Positions 28,901 through 40,086 of a DNA stretch of 64,000 bases are shown piece by piece. The translations under genes and the position numbers were made by a program. Origin of the DNA: Candidatus Eiseniibacteriota bacterium (GTDB lineage: Bacteria; Eisenbacteria; RBG-16-71-46; CAIMUX01; VGJL01); NCBI GenBank assembly GCA_963792585.1, contig CAWBWI010000001.1, positions 1,312,001 to 1,376,000 on the forward strand, written 5' to 3'. Positions within the stretch are counted from its first letter, which is position 1, and each line of letters begins with the position of its first letter. Under the pieces are notes generated by a model. The model saw only the letters and a list, made by a program, of their open reading frames with translations, made no database searches and was not told the DNA's origin.

Positions 28901-31721
28901 AGGCGCGGAGAAGTACGCGTCCCTCGGAAAGCAGCAGATACCGCCCCCCACGTCCCTGTCGCTGGACGAGCAACTGCACTTCCCTGCTGCCGAGCAGCGT
29001 CGCCAGCGTGCGCACAATCCCACGCGCCGCATCCGCGTCCACGCCCAGCTGGCAACGTAGCCAGCGCACGAGGGGCGGCTGGTAGGGAGACCCTTCCACC
29101 CCGGCGAGCCGCCGCACCTGGAAGTTCCAATCGTCCGCGGGAAGCTCGTCGCTGAAGACCGTGGGGCGGAACGGCGGCATCCCATCCTCGTGAAAGAGCA
29201 CGTCGGGATTGAGGCGCGCGATGACGCTGGAGCGTACTTCGTCTGCATCGAGGAGAATGTCCGAGTCCAAGGCGCCGGCACGGCGGAATGTATCGAGAAA
29301 CACACGCAGGAGATCACCGCGGCTTTCGCGGGGCACGCCCGTCAGGGCACGATCCATCCAGAAGGCATCGTCGCGCGCGAGGTCGTTCAGGCCGTCGTAC
29401 CCCACCGAGAGGAGTCCCACCATCTCGAGGCTCGGCTGAACCCGCCGCGGCCGGCCGATCAGTTCGCCGATCGCCCCGAGCCCGAGGTAACGCTTGTAAG
29501 CGGCCTCCACGCCTCGCGCAGCCCGTCCCACGCGGACGTCGGCCTCGGGCGCGAAGGGCGGCAGCGTCGCGGAGTCGCTCATCGACTCGAAGGCGACCCG
29601 CCCGGTGTCCACGAGTGTCACCTCGCCGGCCCTCGTCAACCCGCTGTGGAGCGCCCGGCGGAAGTGCATCCGGTGGTCAACGTCTGTGAGATGGGCCGAC
29701 TGGAAGGCGGCGTCCTGTTGGTTGTCGGTAAAGGCGATCACGCGCGACTTCACTGGATCACGAAGCTCGCTGATCGTACGAGTGACAAGGAGATCTGTAG
29801 CCGTCGCGCGACCCACCGCCCCGACGACGGAGAACTTGTTGAACTCACGAATCCGCCGATCGTAGTGGATGCCACAGAATGGACAGAGGAGGAGCGGCGC
29901 CTCGACGAGTGCCATGTCGCGCGTGGCGCCATGTCCGCAGTCCGTGCCAACACCGGCGCACGCCGGGCACACGGAGACGTTCCGTGGGACGGCGCCTTCC
30001 ATCCCGGCACGCGGCTGCCCGTTCCTCCTGACAGCCGCCTCGTCAGGAGGCGCAATGTCTGGATCCCAGGGCTCTGGAAAGACATAGACTGCGCGGGCGC
30101 CCTGTTCGGGCTCACCCCCCGCGAAATCACGCGGGGCGAACCGCTGGCCCCCCGGCTCCTCACGCAGCTCGGCCACCGCACACTCGACGCCGCACGCGGC
30201 GCAGAATACTAGCGGGAAGGCCGGAACGTTCTCGTCCGCCTCGCATTCAGCACAGACCCGCGCCCCGCTCGCCGAAAGATGCCAGTTGCCAAGGCACGCG
30301 GTCACTGGCTGTCCCTGGCTGAAGAAAGTGTGGGCCTTCGAAAGAAGAAGAGGCACATCCGTGCCCTCCGGGCTTGGAACGTGGGTTTGTTCAGCCGTGA
30401 CAATGGCCGCAAGGAGCTCACGCGAGGCATCAGCCGCGCTTGCGTCTGGCCGTCGGGTGTCCCGGTACAAGGCGACCAGGTCGTCCCAGGCGCGCCCCGG
30501 GGAGGGTCCACATTCCTCGTCGGGGACGAGACTCCGTTCAAGGAAACTGACGGTCGCTTGGCGCCGCAGGTCCTCAGCCGTAGCGTCCGCGCGGCCGCAG
30601 AGCGCGTCCCTGAGGCGATGCGTGGCACCCGGGTCACCGCGGACCGCACGGCGGATCCACTCTTCCTCCATCAGGATCCGCTCCGGCAGGGGATCGGGTT
30701 CAGGCGGAGTGAGATGCGCGGCGTAGGTCTCGGAAACGACGTCGTCAGGAGAGAACATCTCACCAAACAGGTCGGAGGCGAAGCGGGCGACCGAGGCGCG
30801 CGACGCCTCTGGTGACCCGCTGTCGATTGTGGCCGATGTGCCGACGCACCGCAGTTTCCCACGAGTCTTCGTGTGTTCCTTGAGCCGCCGAACCAGGCAG
30901 GCCACGTCTGCGCCGCCGCGGCCCGAATGCGTGTGGATCTCATCAAGGACCAGAAAGCGAAGATCCGAGAGCTGTCCGAAGGGGAACACCGAGCGGTCCT
31001 CGAAGCGGGTGAGGATCAGCTCGAGCATCACATAGTTCGTGATTAGGATGTCGGCACCACAGCCGTCGCGCAGGTCTTGCCGGGAGATCACCTCGGAGTC
31101 CCAGGGGGTGTCCCGCCCGGTCGCCTCGCGAAACGCACGGAGCGCCGACTCAGGGTCGTCGCGCAGATCCCTTGTGTAATTGCAGACGGTGAGCCCCGTG
31201 CCGACCAGCCGCTGGGCCAGGTCCTCGTACTGGGAGTTGGCGAGCGCGTTCATCGGGTAGATGAAGAGCGCCTTCACGCCGCGACGGTCGCGCGGCCCGA
31301 CGCCCTGCGCCTCGTTCGCGGTGAGCGCTGACGAGACCGCGGGTACGGCGAAGCAAAAGGACTTCCCTGACCCCGTGCCTGTCGCGACGACGCAGTTGCG
31401 CTGCTCGCGGAGCAGGACCCGCCATGCCTCGCTCTGGTGCCGGTAGGGCGCGATGGGGCCGCTCGATGGATCGTCGCGCTTACGGCGAAAGATGGCCGGA
31501 ATTCTGGCATGGAGCAGCCCCTCCGTGACTAAGATCTCCAAGCTCTCACCCGGCTGGAAACGGCGGCCGAGCGTGAGGAAGGGAGCCCGCCACAGGAAGC
31601 GCCCCTCCTCGATCCGCTCGTGGAGCCAGGCCCGGATCCGATCGTTCCGGATCGTCTGGTAGGTTTCGACGTAGCTCCGGTAGGCGCTCTGGAGCTCGCG
31701 GAAGACTTCGAGGGGATTCAT
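25950..31721 (-). CDS. YprA-like DEAH helicase + DUF1998 + DUF559/Vsr-like nuclease + S24 peptidase-like domain; two compensating frameshifts at ~27640 and ~27440-27475
   Basis: TGTGSGKS, YPMNALANSQ, DEIH, SAT, TMELGVDIG, YAQRHGRAGR; CERACYDCLLSYYNQ; EADLLY..VHGSPHH; AAAG..GKSM..TVK. ORFs 27495-31748 and 25950-27317 share a frame and are bridged by ISADEEERMRRGF in another frame. Confidence 0.8.
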
Positions 31722-34700
31722 GCGATCCTCCGGTAGGCGGCGAGGCAATCCTTCTTGAACTTGTAGCTACCGTGCTCGCTGGTCTGGACCCGAGCCATCA
31801 CCTCAAAGGAGTCGAGAACGCTCTCGTACTGCGCGGCGGTGACCCCGTACGCGTGGGCGACGAGAGCGTCGAGTTCCACGTCCAGGGAATACCGTTCTTC
31901 CGGGTCCCACAGGTGGGGCTCGACTCCGAAGAGGCGCGCCACTGAGTGGCTTGTGAGCGAGAGCCTGCGAGCATGTTCGGCGATGCGTGAGTCGAGACCG
32001 GGTGGCGGTGCAGGGATCTGCGCGAGCATCCAGACCAGTGCCACGGAACCTCCCGGCATGTGGCCGCGGACAAGGAAATCGAAGACCGTCGCGTTGAAGA
32101 CACCGAGAAACTCGAAGGCACTCTCGCGATCGAGGGTGAGAATAGGCAGCTTATGGGTTGCCGGGACGCGCGGCAGGATCGCGCACTTCGCCGAGCGCTG
32201 GTCAGTCCATGGCCGCGTCACATCCCGAAAACCCAGCATGATTTGGTCGCCCACCTTCTCGCGCAGCCGCGTCTCGGCAATAGACCGGAGCATCCAGTAA
32301 CGCGGCTCGTTCTCGAAGCACGGGTCAGCCTTCTGCGTATTAGTGCAGTGGGGAATGTGCGGCTTGCGGCCGTACTTGTTGCTGCCCGTGTAGCCTTCAT
32401 ACGTCCGCGCACGATGGTCGTAGCGGTTCATGAGCTGACCCTCAAAGAGCGTCAGGGCCTCCTTCTCGGGCTCCGGACTGCCGAAGAGCGTAGTAGTTCT
32501 GTCCGCCACCATCATCGCTGCGCGCTCGGCCGAGAGTCGGAACACCCTGTCGCGGCCGAGGACCCAGCCATCAGGTTCGAGGTCCTCGCGCTTGAGGAAG
32601 TGGCCAGATGCAGTCGTCGAGTTGAAGAGCGTGCAATAGTCCAGGCCCCAAGGATTCTGGCCACCCTCCTCGAAGTCGAGGACGGGCAGACGCTTGTGGA
32701 TGTCGAGCGCGATCAACAACTCCTCAGGCCTGCGGAAGGAGGTCATTGTGCGAGTCTTCGGGCAGAGCGTCTTGAGCACGCTCGGCGTGAAGGACTGCGG
32801 TGGGCACTGCAGAGCTTCGTCCACACCTCCATTCATGACCGTTGCATGAAATGATGGATCACTGCCTTGACCTCTGAGGGCCAAGAGGGCGAATCGCTCC
32901 ACGGCCGCCACGGCTGGGAACATTGGCACCCTTCGCAGGCCATTGACAAAGTCGTGGAGCTCTTCCACCTGTCCTTCGTCGACAAGCCTTTGGAACACAC
33001 CCGAAGCTGACTTATCCAACGCGAGGGCACTCTTGACCAGGATGCCCGACCGACCATCCTCGCGAAGCATTTCGGCGACCGTCTCAGCAAAGAGAAGGTA
33101 CGTGTTTGGCTTGCCGCCACTTGCCGTGAATCGGCCGCACGCCCGCACGTAGTCCCCCATGCGCTCATTAAGCGCCTCGTAGACCCTCCATCGTCGGTAT
33201 AGCGTGGGGTCCGTGTCGGGAAGCTGTTCGATGGCACGCTTCCGCTCGGCACCCTTCAGCCCTGCGATTCTCGGTGCATGGACAGCGAACCACTCTTGCT
33301 CCCGGCTCTCGAACTGCTCCCACGGTGGGTTTCCAACAAGACAATCGAACCCGCCGCGAGCGCGGATCTCGGGGAACCGGAGCGGCCAGTGGAAGGCGGG
33401 AAACTCGGATAGAAGGGAGCGAGCCGCCGCGACCTGCCCTGCCTCAAGGTCCCCCACGAGCGCTCGCCGGTAATCGGCGGCGGTCGGGGCGGCCGCGCCC
33501 GCCTGCGGGCTCCAAAAGAAGGATGCCGCCCAGAGCGCTGCGGCGGCGTCGAACCGGCAGTAGGCCTCGGATTCGAGGAATGCCCGGTATGCCGCGTCCT
33601 TCCTCTCTACGTCGGCGGGGATGCGCTCATCCTCTTCGAGGATCGCAGGGAAGTCCACGCGAACGTCTGGCACGGGTGGGGTCCGACCCAACTCGAGTTG
33701 GCCCTCGAGAGCCTGGGCGTTGCGCTCTCGCGCTCCCCGCAGGAAGTCACGGAGGCGCCGGTCCTCTGGCTTACTGCTCCCCTGGATCTTTGACGGAACG
33801 GTATAGGCCTCCTCCGGAATCACGGTCGGGATGTCCCGCATAGGCCAGCCCACGAGCGAGTCGCCATGCTGGATGCGGTGGTCGAGGAAGGAGAGCGGTA
33901 GATCCGGCACGGCGCAATGGATCCAGAGCGCCACCTTGCAGAGCTCCACCGCGAAGGCGTCCTTGTCCACGCCACAGATGCAGTGCCGGAGCACGTCCCG
34001 CCGTGCGTGTCGGAGCGCCTCCTCAGTGGGCTTGTCGCCGCCGGCGCGCTCGGTGGCGAGCGCGAGGGCAATACGGTCCACCGCCCCAATGAGGAAGTGG
34101 CCGCTCCCGCAGGCGGGGTCGCAGATCCGAAGGTCGAGCAACGCCCGCTGGCGCACCTCGGTATCGGTGCCGGCGCGGTCCAATCGCTCCGCGACGAGGC
34201 GGTCGAGCGAAACCGAAAGGGCGAAGTCCACAAGCTCCGGGGGCGTGTAGAAGGCACCAAGGTCCTTCCGCTCCGTCGTAAGCGGCGCGAGGAACACCCC
34301 GCCTACAGGGACCACACGCCCCTCATGCTCGGTCGGTCGGTCGGCACGGCGGAGAGTCTCGTTCAGGAGCGACTCGTACACCGAGCCCAGCTCCTCGACG
34401 CCCAGCTCCCCGTAATTCACGCGCTGGCGCACGGCGCCCACGCGCACGTGGGTCAGGGCCTCGATCGCGGCGAGGAGCTTCCGGTTCTCACAGGTGCGGG
34501 AAAGGACGTGAGCCGTCCGCCTGGGGTCGAAGAGCTGGCCGTTGTACGGGAATACTCCGGCCACCGGCGCCCCTTCGTGGAGCATCCGGAATGTTGCCTT
34601 CAGACCCTCCCAGAGGTCGCGGTGCCCCAGCTCGACGGAGCGCGTTTCGGCCATCCGCACGAGCCCTGTCACGCTGTAGGTATCGGCATAGATCCCCCTA

Positions 34701-35605
34701 GAGGGAAGCATCCTGCGCTGCTCGGCGAAGAGCAGGAAGAGCAGCCGGTAGATGACGAGGAGCAGCTCGTGGTACAGCGCTCGCGCTTCCTTCGGGTCAT
34801 CGAGAAGTCGGCGTTGCTCAGTGTCGAAGATCCCCTCGGCGAGCGCCTCGATCGCCGCTCGTACCTGCCGCTGCAACTCGCGGCCGATCTCGACCCCGTG
34901 CTCACGACTCTGCTCAAAAAGGACTTCCAGCGGGCAGCGGCCTTCCTCGTCTCCAGGCAGGAGTAGGAAGCGGCTTCTGTGGACCAGCCGGTAGAGCGCC
35001 CGGAACGATGGGAAGTCCGCCGCTTCGATGATGGCGTCTAGGTCGAAACCGACATAGGCCTTAACATGCTCGTGATGAAAGTCGCGCAGCACGCGCAGTC
35101 GACGGGCGTTGGCCACGATTCCCCACCGCGCCGCCGTGCGGTTGAGACACGCCTGCAGTTCCTCATGAGGCGAGCGCCGGCCACGGCCCGGCGAGGCATC
35201 GAGGTCCTCACGAACGAGCAGGACAGGCGGGGCTCCGTCTCCCCCCCAACCGAGGTGGCTGATGGCGAACCGATCTCGACCGTCCTCGCTCGGAACGTAC
35301 GCGCGCTGGAAGACTGGCTCGAAGTCAAGAAGCTGGAGCAAGGGCAGGAGCCAGCGCTCTCGGAGCGCCGCCGTGTCGATCTCGTCTTGGTGAGCAACCA
35401 CGGTTTCGTAACGCTCGCGTACGAGCCCGAATGCGGTCTCGATGGCCTCTGCATGAACGGCGGGGCTCTCCGCCTCCCGGCCATCGAGAGCAAAGGCCGG
35501 CGGCACGAACAGGCTTTCTCGAGGCGCATCCGCTAGCGCGTTGGCGAGAACCCCAGCGCCGAAAAGTCCCCCCGAGGCATGAACGTATTCGAGGGTTTCA
35601 GCCAT
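31718..35605 (-). CDS. Large N6-adenine DNA methyltransferase (Eco57I/DrmMI-like)
   Basis: GAFYTPPELV, DPACGSGHFL, GFDCLVGNPPW; ATGA overlap with the helicase. Confidence 0.9.
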   Translation of the reverse strand: MAETLEYVHASGGLFGAGVLANALADAPRESLFVPPAFALDGREAESPAVHAEAIETAFGLVRERYETVVAHQDEIDTAALRERWLLPLLQLLDFEPVFQRAYVPSEDGRDRFAISHLGWGGDGAPPVLLVREDLDASPGRGRRSPHEELQACLNRTAARWGIVANARRLRVLRDFHHEHVKAYVGFDLDAIIEAADFPSFRALYRLVHRSRFLLLPGDEEGRCPLEVLFEQSREHGVEIGRELQRQVRAAIEALAEGIFDTEQRRLLDDPKEARALYHELLLVIYRLLFLLFAEQRRMLPSRGIYADTYSVTGLVRMAETRSVELGHRDLWEGLKATFRMLHEGAPVAGVFPYNGQLFDPRRTAHVLSRTCENRKLLAAIEALTHVRVGAVRQRVNYGELGVEELGSVYESLLNETLRRADRPTEHEGRVVPVGGVFLAPLTTERKDLGAFYTPPELVDFALSVSLDRLVAERLDRAGTDTEVRQRALLDLRICDPACGSGHFLIGAVDRIALALATERAGGDKPTEEALRHARRDVLRHCICGVDKDAFAVELCKVALWIHCAVPDLPLSFLDHRIQHGDSLVGWPMRDIPTVIPEEAYTVPSKIQGSSKPEDRRLRDFLRGARERNAQALEGQLELGRTPPVPDVRVDFPAILEEDERIPADVERKDAAYRAFLESEAYCRFDAAAALWAASFFWSPQAGAAAPTAADYRRALVGDLEAGQVAAARSLLSEFPAFHWPLRFPEIRARGGFDCLVGNPPWEQFESREQEWFAVHAPRIAGLKGAERKRAIEQLPDTDPTLYRRWRVYEALNERMGDYVRACGRFTASGGKPNTYLLFAETVAEMLREDGRSGILVKSALALDKSASGVFQRLVDEGQVEELHDFVNGLRRVPMFPAVAAVERFALLALRGQGSDPSFHATVMNGGVDEALQCPPQSFTPSVLKTLCPKTRTMTSFRRPEELLIALDIHKRLPVLDFEEGGQNPWGLDYCTLFNSTTASGHFLKREDLEPDGWVLGRDRVFRLSAERAAMMVADRTTTLFGSPEPEKEALTLFEGQLMNRYDHRARTYEGYTGSNKYGRKPHIPHCTNTQKADPCFENEPRYWMLRSIAETRLREKVGDQIMLGFRDVTRPWTDQRSAKCAILPRVPATHKLPILTLDRESAFEFLGVFNATVFDFLVRGHMPGGSVALVWMLAQIPAPPPGLDSRIAEHARRLSLTSHSVARLFGVEPHLWDPEERYSLDVELDALVAHAYGVTAAQYESVLDSFEVMARVQTSEHGSYKFKKDCLAAYRRIA

Positions 35606-38369
35606 TGGCCGGCACCAGCACCGTAAGTGTGAGCCAGTCAGCGGAGGCGACCTCCACTGAGTCCATGCCTTCGGCCCAAGCGCTCGCCAGATTGCGGATC
35701 GAGGCTTGCCGTCTAGCGAGCAGGCACCGCCGTTCCTCCACCGCGTTTGCGACTAGGGCAGGCAGGTGTTGGGCAGCCATTGCCTCAGCGCAGAGATCTT
35801 GCAGCTCCGCGGCGGAATGCGGGATTGGTGCCCCGGGGGCGCGGAGTAGGAGGTCTGGGTCGAGATCAACCAGACTCTCCGAGTATGGACGGAATGCTAC
35901 CGGGATCAGCTCCTCCATGACGACCGGAGGATCGGAGGCCGTAACATACCGCGCCAGCACATGCAGGACTGCCGCTACCTCGCCCACCTCGCGGCTACCG
36001 CGCAGTGCGACCCTCCCCTCGTGGGTACCTGCAGCCGCATCGCGCACCTGTTCGATCAGGCGGCGCACGAGCGGGTGGGCAATATCAAGCAGCTCCAGCT
36101 CCGGCTCGTCGCGTGCGATGCGGGGGTCAAAGGTCGCCTCGAGCCTGTCGGCGAGGTCAGCGAGCATGCTCCCTCGAAGATCGATTTGGAGGGTCCCGCC
36201 AGGCTTCTCCACGACCCTTGCCCCGGCACGGTCCAGGGCTGAGAGGACGAATCCGCGAACCTCCTCCGGCGCCCCGACGCGGCGGTACGTATCCTCAAGC
36301 GCCCGCTCGACTTCCGGCAGGCGAACCTCGGCCTGCCCATAGAACGATTCCTCCTCGATCTTGCGCACCCGATCCTCGTCGAAGGGGTCCTCTCCGGTTC
36401 CGGGCGATGCGAACGGGAGGAGGAGCTGCGGATCCGGGCGATACTTCGCGATCAGTAGCTCAAGGTCCTTCATCGAGGAGAAGACCACCGGGCAGAAGCC
36501 GTATGCCTCCCGAATCGCCGCTGCTTTGCGGACCAGCACCTCGAGGATTGTGACGTCGAGCTCGTCCTCGCGGACGAGCGTGGTGATTCCCACCGTCGGC
36601 TCGGGCTGCCCGTAGCGGTCGATCCGGCCATTGCGCTGCTCAAGGCGGTTTGGGTTCCAGGGAAGCTCGTAGTGCACAAGCTCGGCGCAGCCGCGCTGCA
36701 AATCGAGTCCCTCGGAGATGCAATCCGTCGCGATGCACACAGCCCGTTCCGTCCGCTCGAAGTCACGGAACACCTCGCGGCGCTGCTGGAGCGTCATGTC
36801 TCCATGGATCGCGAAGACCGCAAGCCGGGCGAGGGCGGACCGATTCCTGGCTTGCGCGATGAGTGCCTCCTGGAGATATTCGAGCGTATGCCTGTACCGC
36901 GTGAACACGAGCATCCGCGGCGCCCGCCGATGCCGGCTTAGGAGGTCGGGTAGCGCGTTGACGAGCCAGGAGAGCTTCCGATCCTGCAACGGTGCAAGCT
37001 GCCGGACCCGGCGCCGGAGCTTCTCGAGCTCCGTCACTTCATCCGACGTCCCCAGCACTGCGGCGCGGTCTAGGCGCGACCAGCGATCCTCATCGTCCAA
37101 TTCCGTCGTCGAGTCCTGATCCGTGACGGCGGCTTCAGCCTCGGCCGCCCCGGCATCGTCTGCCGCTGCCGCGTCTCGGACCTGGCGGCGCAGTCTCTTG
37201 AGGCGCTCGGCCAATGACAGCTGAAGCGCCTTCGGGCTCGATAGCGCGCGGCGTTGGAGGTGCAAGGCCACGAATCCGGCGATCGCCGCGCCCTCCCGGG
37301 CGCGAAGCAAGCGCCCGCAGTAGGCCCGTAGTTCCTTCAGGAGACGTGCCTCCTCCGGGCCGAGAGGGATGACTTCGTCCACCGGCCGCCGATCCGGGAA
37401 GGGTGTGCGGTCCCCATACCAGTCGCGCAAGTCCTTGCGGCGCCGCTGCACGACATGGCGGCGCGCGACCTCGCGGCAGATCCTCCCGGCCGGGGCGACA
37501 CACGCCGGGTTGAGCACCGAGAGGAGGCTGGCGAAGGAATCCGTGTAACCCGGATGCGGCGTCGCGGAGAGGAGGAGCAAGTGGCGGACCCGGCCGCTCG
37601 ACGCGACGGCCTCTAGGAATTCCCAGCGTTGCTTCTGGAGTGCCGCGCCCCACGGTCCTTCATGCGGGCGTGCGGCCATGTGTGCCTCGTCCACCAGCAC
37701 GACGTCCCAAGAGTGGGAGAGGATCTCGCCCGTACGCCGCTTAAGATAATCGATCGAGGCCACGACGATCGGGAATGCCTCCCAGGGCGACTCCCCGGGC
37801 AGGAGGGTTCGTTCCAGCGCCGGCCGAGTCTGGCCGGAGACAATCACGGCATCGAGGTGGAAGAAACGCGACAGGCTTTCCTGCCACTGCTCGCGGAGCG
37901 AGGCGGGCACAACCACAAGCACGCGCTCGGCGGTTCCGCGCGCGATGAGTTCGCTCAGGATCAACCCTGCCTCTATGGTCTTGCCGATCCCCACATCGTC
38001 TCCGATGAGCAAGCGCACTGGCGACATGTCGAGCGCCATGAGGAGCGGGACAAGCTGATATGGCTCGGGGATGGCACGGCTGCGCTGAAGGCCGAGAAAC
38101 GGAGCGGACCCATGGATCAGGCTCAGTCTGTGCGCTCGGAGCAGGAGGTCTTGCCGCGCCGGGTCATCGAGCCGCAGTGGGTCTGGGGGCGGCAAAGAAC
38201 CCTCTACGGCATAGCCTTCCTCCAGGGCCCGAAGGAAGCGCCATCTCTTGTGTCCCCGTCCATCCAACGGAGTCGCCGCGAATTCCTCCTCGGTCACCCG
38301 GTCGATTCGCCAGAGACGTTCCCGCAGCCGAATGACCCCGCCTGCCTTCAATTCGGGTTGCGGTGTCAC
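35598..38369 (-). CDS. SNF2-family helicase (DrmD-like)
   Basis: YQLVPLLMAL, DDVGIGKT, DEAH, SATPH, EGLDLQ, EQRNGRIDRYGQ. Confidence 0.9.
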   Translation of the reverse strand: MTPQPELKAGGVIRLRERLWRIDRVTEEEFAATPLDGRGHKRWRFLRALEEGYAVEGSLPPPDPLRLDDPARQDLLLRAHRLSLIHGSAPFLGLQRSRAIPEPYQLVPLLMALDMSPVRLLIGDDVGIGKTIEAGLILSELIARGTAERVLVVVPASLREQWQESLSRFFHLDAVIVSGQTRPALERTLLPGESPWEAFPIVVASIDYLKRRTGEILSHSWDVVLVDEAHMAARPHEGPWGAALQKQRWEFLEAVASSGRVRHLLLLSATPHPGYTDSFASLLSVLNPACVAPAGRICREVARRHVVQRRRKDLRDWYGDRTPFPDRRPVDEVIPLGPEEARLLKELRAYCGRLLRAREGAAIAGFVALHLQRRALSSPKALQLSLAERLKRLRRQVRDAAAADDAGAAEAEAAVTDQDSTTELDDEDRWSRLDRAAVLGTSDEVTELEKLRRRVRQLAPLQDRKLSWLVNALPDLLSRHRRAPRMLVFTRYRHTLEYLQEALIAQARNRSALARLAVFAIHGDMTLQQRREVFRDFERTERAVCIATDCISEGLDLQRGCAELVHYELPWNPNRLEQRNGRIDRYGQPEPTVGITTLVREDELDVTILEVLVRKAAAIREAYGFCPVVFSSMKDLELLIAKYRPDPQLLLPFASPGTGEDPFDEDRVRKIEEESFYGQAEVRLPEVERALEDTYRRVGAPEEVRGFVLSALDRAGARVVEKPGGTLQIDLRGSMLADLADRLEATFDPRIARDEPELELLDIAHPLVRRLIEQVRDAAAGTHEGRVALRGSREVGEVAAVLHVLARYVTASDPPVVMEELIPVAFRPYSESLVDLDPDLLLRAPGAPIPHSAAELQDLCAEAMAAQHLPALVANAVEERRCLLARRQASIRNLASAWAEGMDSVEVASADWLTLTVLVPANG

Positions 38370-38581
38370 GATCTCGCCCTGCGCGATCGGCCGGAAGACC
38401 CCAGCTCCTGCTGAGGGTCGAGAAGCCGCCGAAGCAGGAATGGCATCGGGACTCGCCTACCGTTCTTCCATCGGTTCACGGTGTCATAGGGGATGCCGAT
38501 CTTCTGGGCGAATTGCTCCTGCGTGAGCTCCGGCCGTCGTCGAAGATAGTTGATGAGCGCCGGGACGTCTTCGTTCTTCAC
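38366..38581 (-). CDS. XRE-family HTH regulator heading the defence operon
   Basis: LTQEQFAQKIGIPYDTVNRWKNG; GTGA overlap with SNF2. Confidence 0.8.
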   Translation of the reverse strand: MKNEDVPALINYLRRRPELTQEQFAQKIGIPYDTVNRWKNGRRVPMPFLLRRLLDPQQELGSSGRSRRARS

Positions 38582-38717
38582 AAGACACCTCGAATCCTCG
38601 CTTTGACGCAGGATCGCGCGCCGAACCGAACCGGGCGCATTCGAAGGGCCTGAGCCCGACTTGCTCGATTCCCGGCAGAATGAATGGGAGGATTGACGAG
38701 GCGGCCGCCTGAGGCGC

Positions 38718-39440
38718 TCATCGGACGGTGACCGTCGAGTACGGCCCCTGGAGGCTCTCTATGAGACCAGCCGAGTGCATGCTACGGATGGCCTCGTCGA
38801 TCTCCCTCCTGCTGTAACGAGACACGTCGGCAAGGAGCTGCTGAACCAGATCCGTTCTCCGCGCCTGTCCATCGCCGTCTAGTCCATGGATGATCTTGAG
38901 TGCCAACGCCCGATGGCGTTTCTTTGCTCCCCTGTCACGGCGTCGCGCGCCACCGGCGAGGTATTGCTCGAGGCGTCGAGTGTAGGGATGCTCCTTGGAG
39001 AAGTCGCCCAGTAGCCGCTGAAGTCCAGCTTCGTTCTTGTAGTGGTTGCGCCGTTTCCCCGCAAGATCAGCGATGATAGGGGCATCCTTGCTTGAACGGT
39101 CAGATGCCTTGTGCGTTGAAAGGTAAAGGGCTCTCGGAATGCTGTAGGCCTCGGCGAATCCGTATTCAAGCGATACGTTGGCGTTTCCTCCAGTTGCGTC
39201 GAAGATGGCATATGACGACGCGAGCAACTTCGTCTTGATAATCTCGAGGAGATCCTCAGCATCTTGAGTCTTGTCCCGTCCGACAATGACGAAGGACAGC
39301 GGAAACTTCTTCCGAAGCTTGTCGATCTGTGCCTCGTACTTGGTTTTCGCCGTCCTCCAAGGAACAGCGAGAAAGACTTGGTTGGGAACCTCGGGTTCGT
39401 TCCTTGCCGGAGCCTTCTTTTTCACCCGACGGGTTGCCAT
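38718..39440 (-). CDS. Nucleoside-deoxyribosyltransferase/TIR-like domain + wHTH
   Basis: QVFLAVPW..AIFDATGGNANVSLEYGFA; C-terminal wHTH-like segment. Confidence 0.65.
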   Translation of the reverse strand: MATRRVKKKAPARNEPEVPNQVFLAVPWRTAKTKYEAQIDKLRKKFPLSFVIVGRDKTQDAEDLLEIIKTKLLASSYAIFDATGGNANVSLEYGFAEAYSIPRALYLSTHKASDRSSKDAPIIADLAGKRRNHYKNEAGLQRLLGDFSKEHPYTRRLEQYLAGGARRRDRGAKKRHRALALKIIHGLDGDGQARRTDLVQQLLADVSRYSRREIDEAIRSMHSAGLIESLQGPYSTVTVR

Positions 39441-39682
39441 TGAGACCTCCGTTGATTCCCTACAGACTATGCGCCGGGCGAAATACTACCCTGCATCCCC
39501 ATGTGTGTCGAGGAACCGAGCAGCGGAGAGGTTCGCGATCTCTGACGAGATCATCGCGAGCTGATCGGAAGAAATCTGAAGGTCCATGCTGGCCGACTCC
39601 GGGCGGCACGGGCCGGCAGTCCCGGGAGCCGTGATGACGGGCCTGGTCTCCTGGGTGAGTCTTGGCGATGGGGATTTCGACT

Positions 39683-40030
39683 CTAGCGCGCGGCCGATGT
39701 TGGAAAGGCAACGTAGACTCCAAAGCGAATTCGGCTGGCTGTCTCTGTTCCACTTGTCTTCTCCCCTTCCACTCCTCCGGCGACGACCCAGAGAACCCCG
39801 ACCTTACCGGCGGCCTTGCGCTCCTCCGTTGCCCCAACGGCAACGTCGAACTCCACTCGCTGCGCGAATTGATTGTGACGATCATCCACGTATGCAATCC
39901 TTCCCTCGCTCGAAACCCCAACAACGGGGTTGATAAGGGCTCCGGTTTCAGCGGTTTGCTTCTGCGCTTCACGAATTCCTTCGACAATCTGCGTCAGGGA
40001 CTCTGTGATGAAATCCTTCAATTTGAGCAT
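39683..40030 (-). CDS. Trypsin-co-occurring (Trypco2)-like small protein
   Basis: LKDFITESL.QI..VEFDVAV..GKVGV..SRIRF pattern. Confidence 0.55.
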   Translation of the reverse strand: MLKLKDFITESLTQIVEGIREAQKQTAETGALINPVVGVSSEGRIAYVDDRHNQFAQRVEFDVAVGATEERKAAGKVGVLWVVAGGVEGEKTSGTETASRIRFGVYVAFPTSAAR

Positions 40031-40086
40031 AACCACCCCCTAGCACTCCGGACGTATTAGCGCTCAAGCGCGGTGATACATCGGAG

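Noticed and set aside
24935..38581. Canonical DISARM, BREX or Druantia call
   Set aside because: No PLD (DrmC), no separate DrmA/DrmB, and no PglZ/BrxC or DruA-D/H recognisable.
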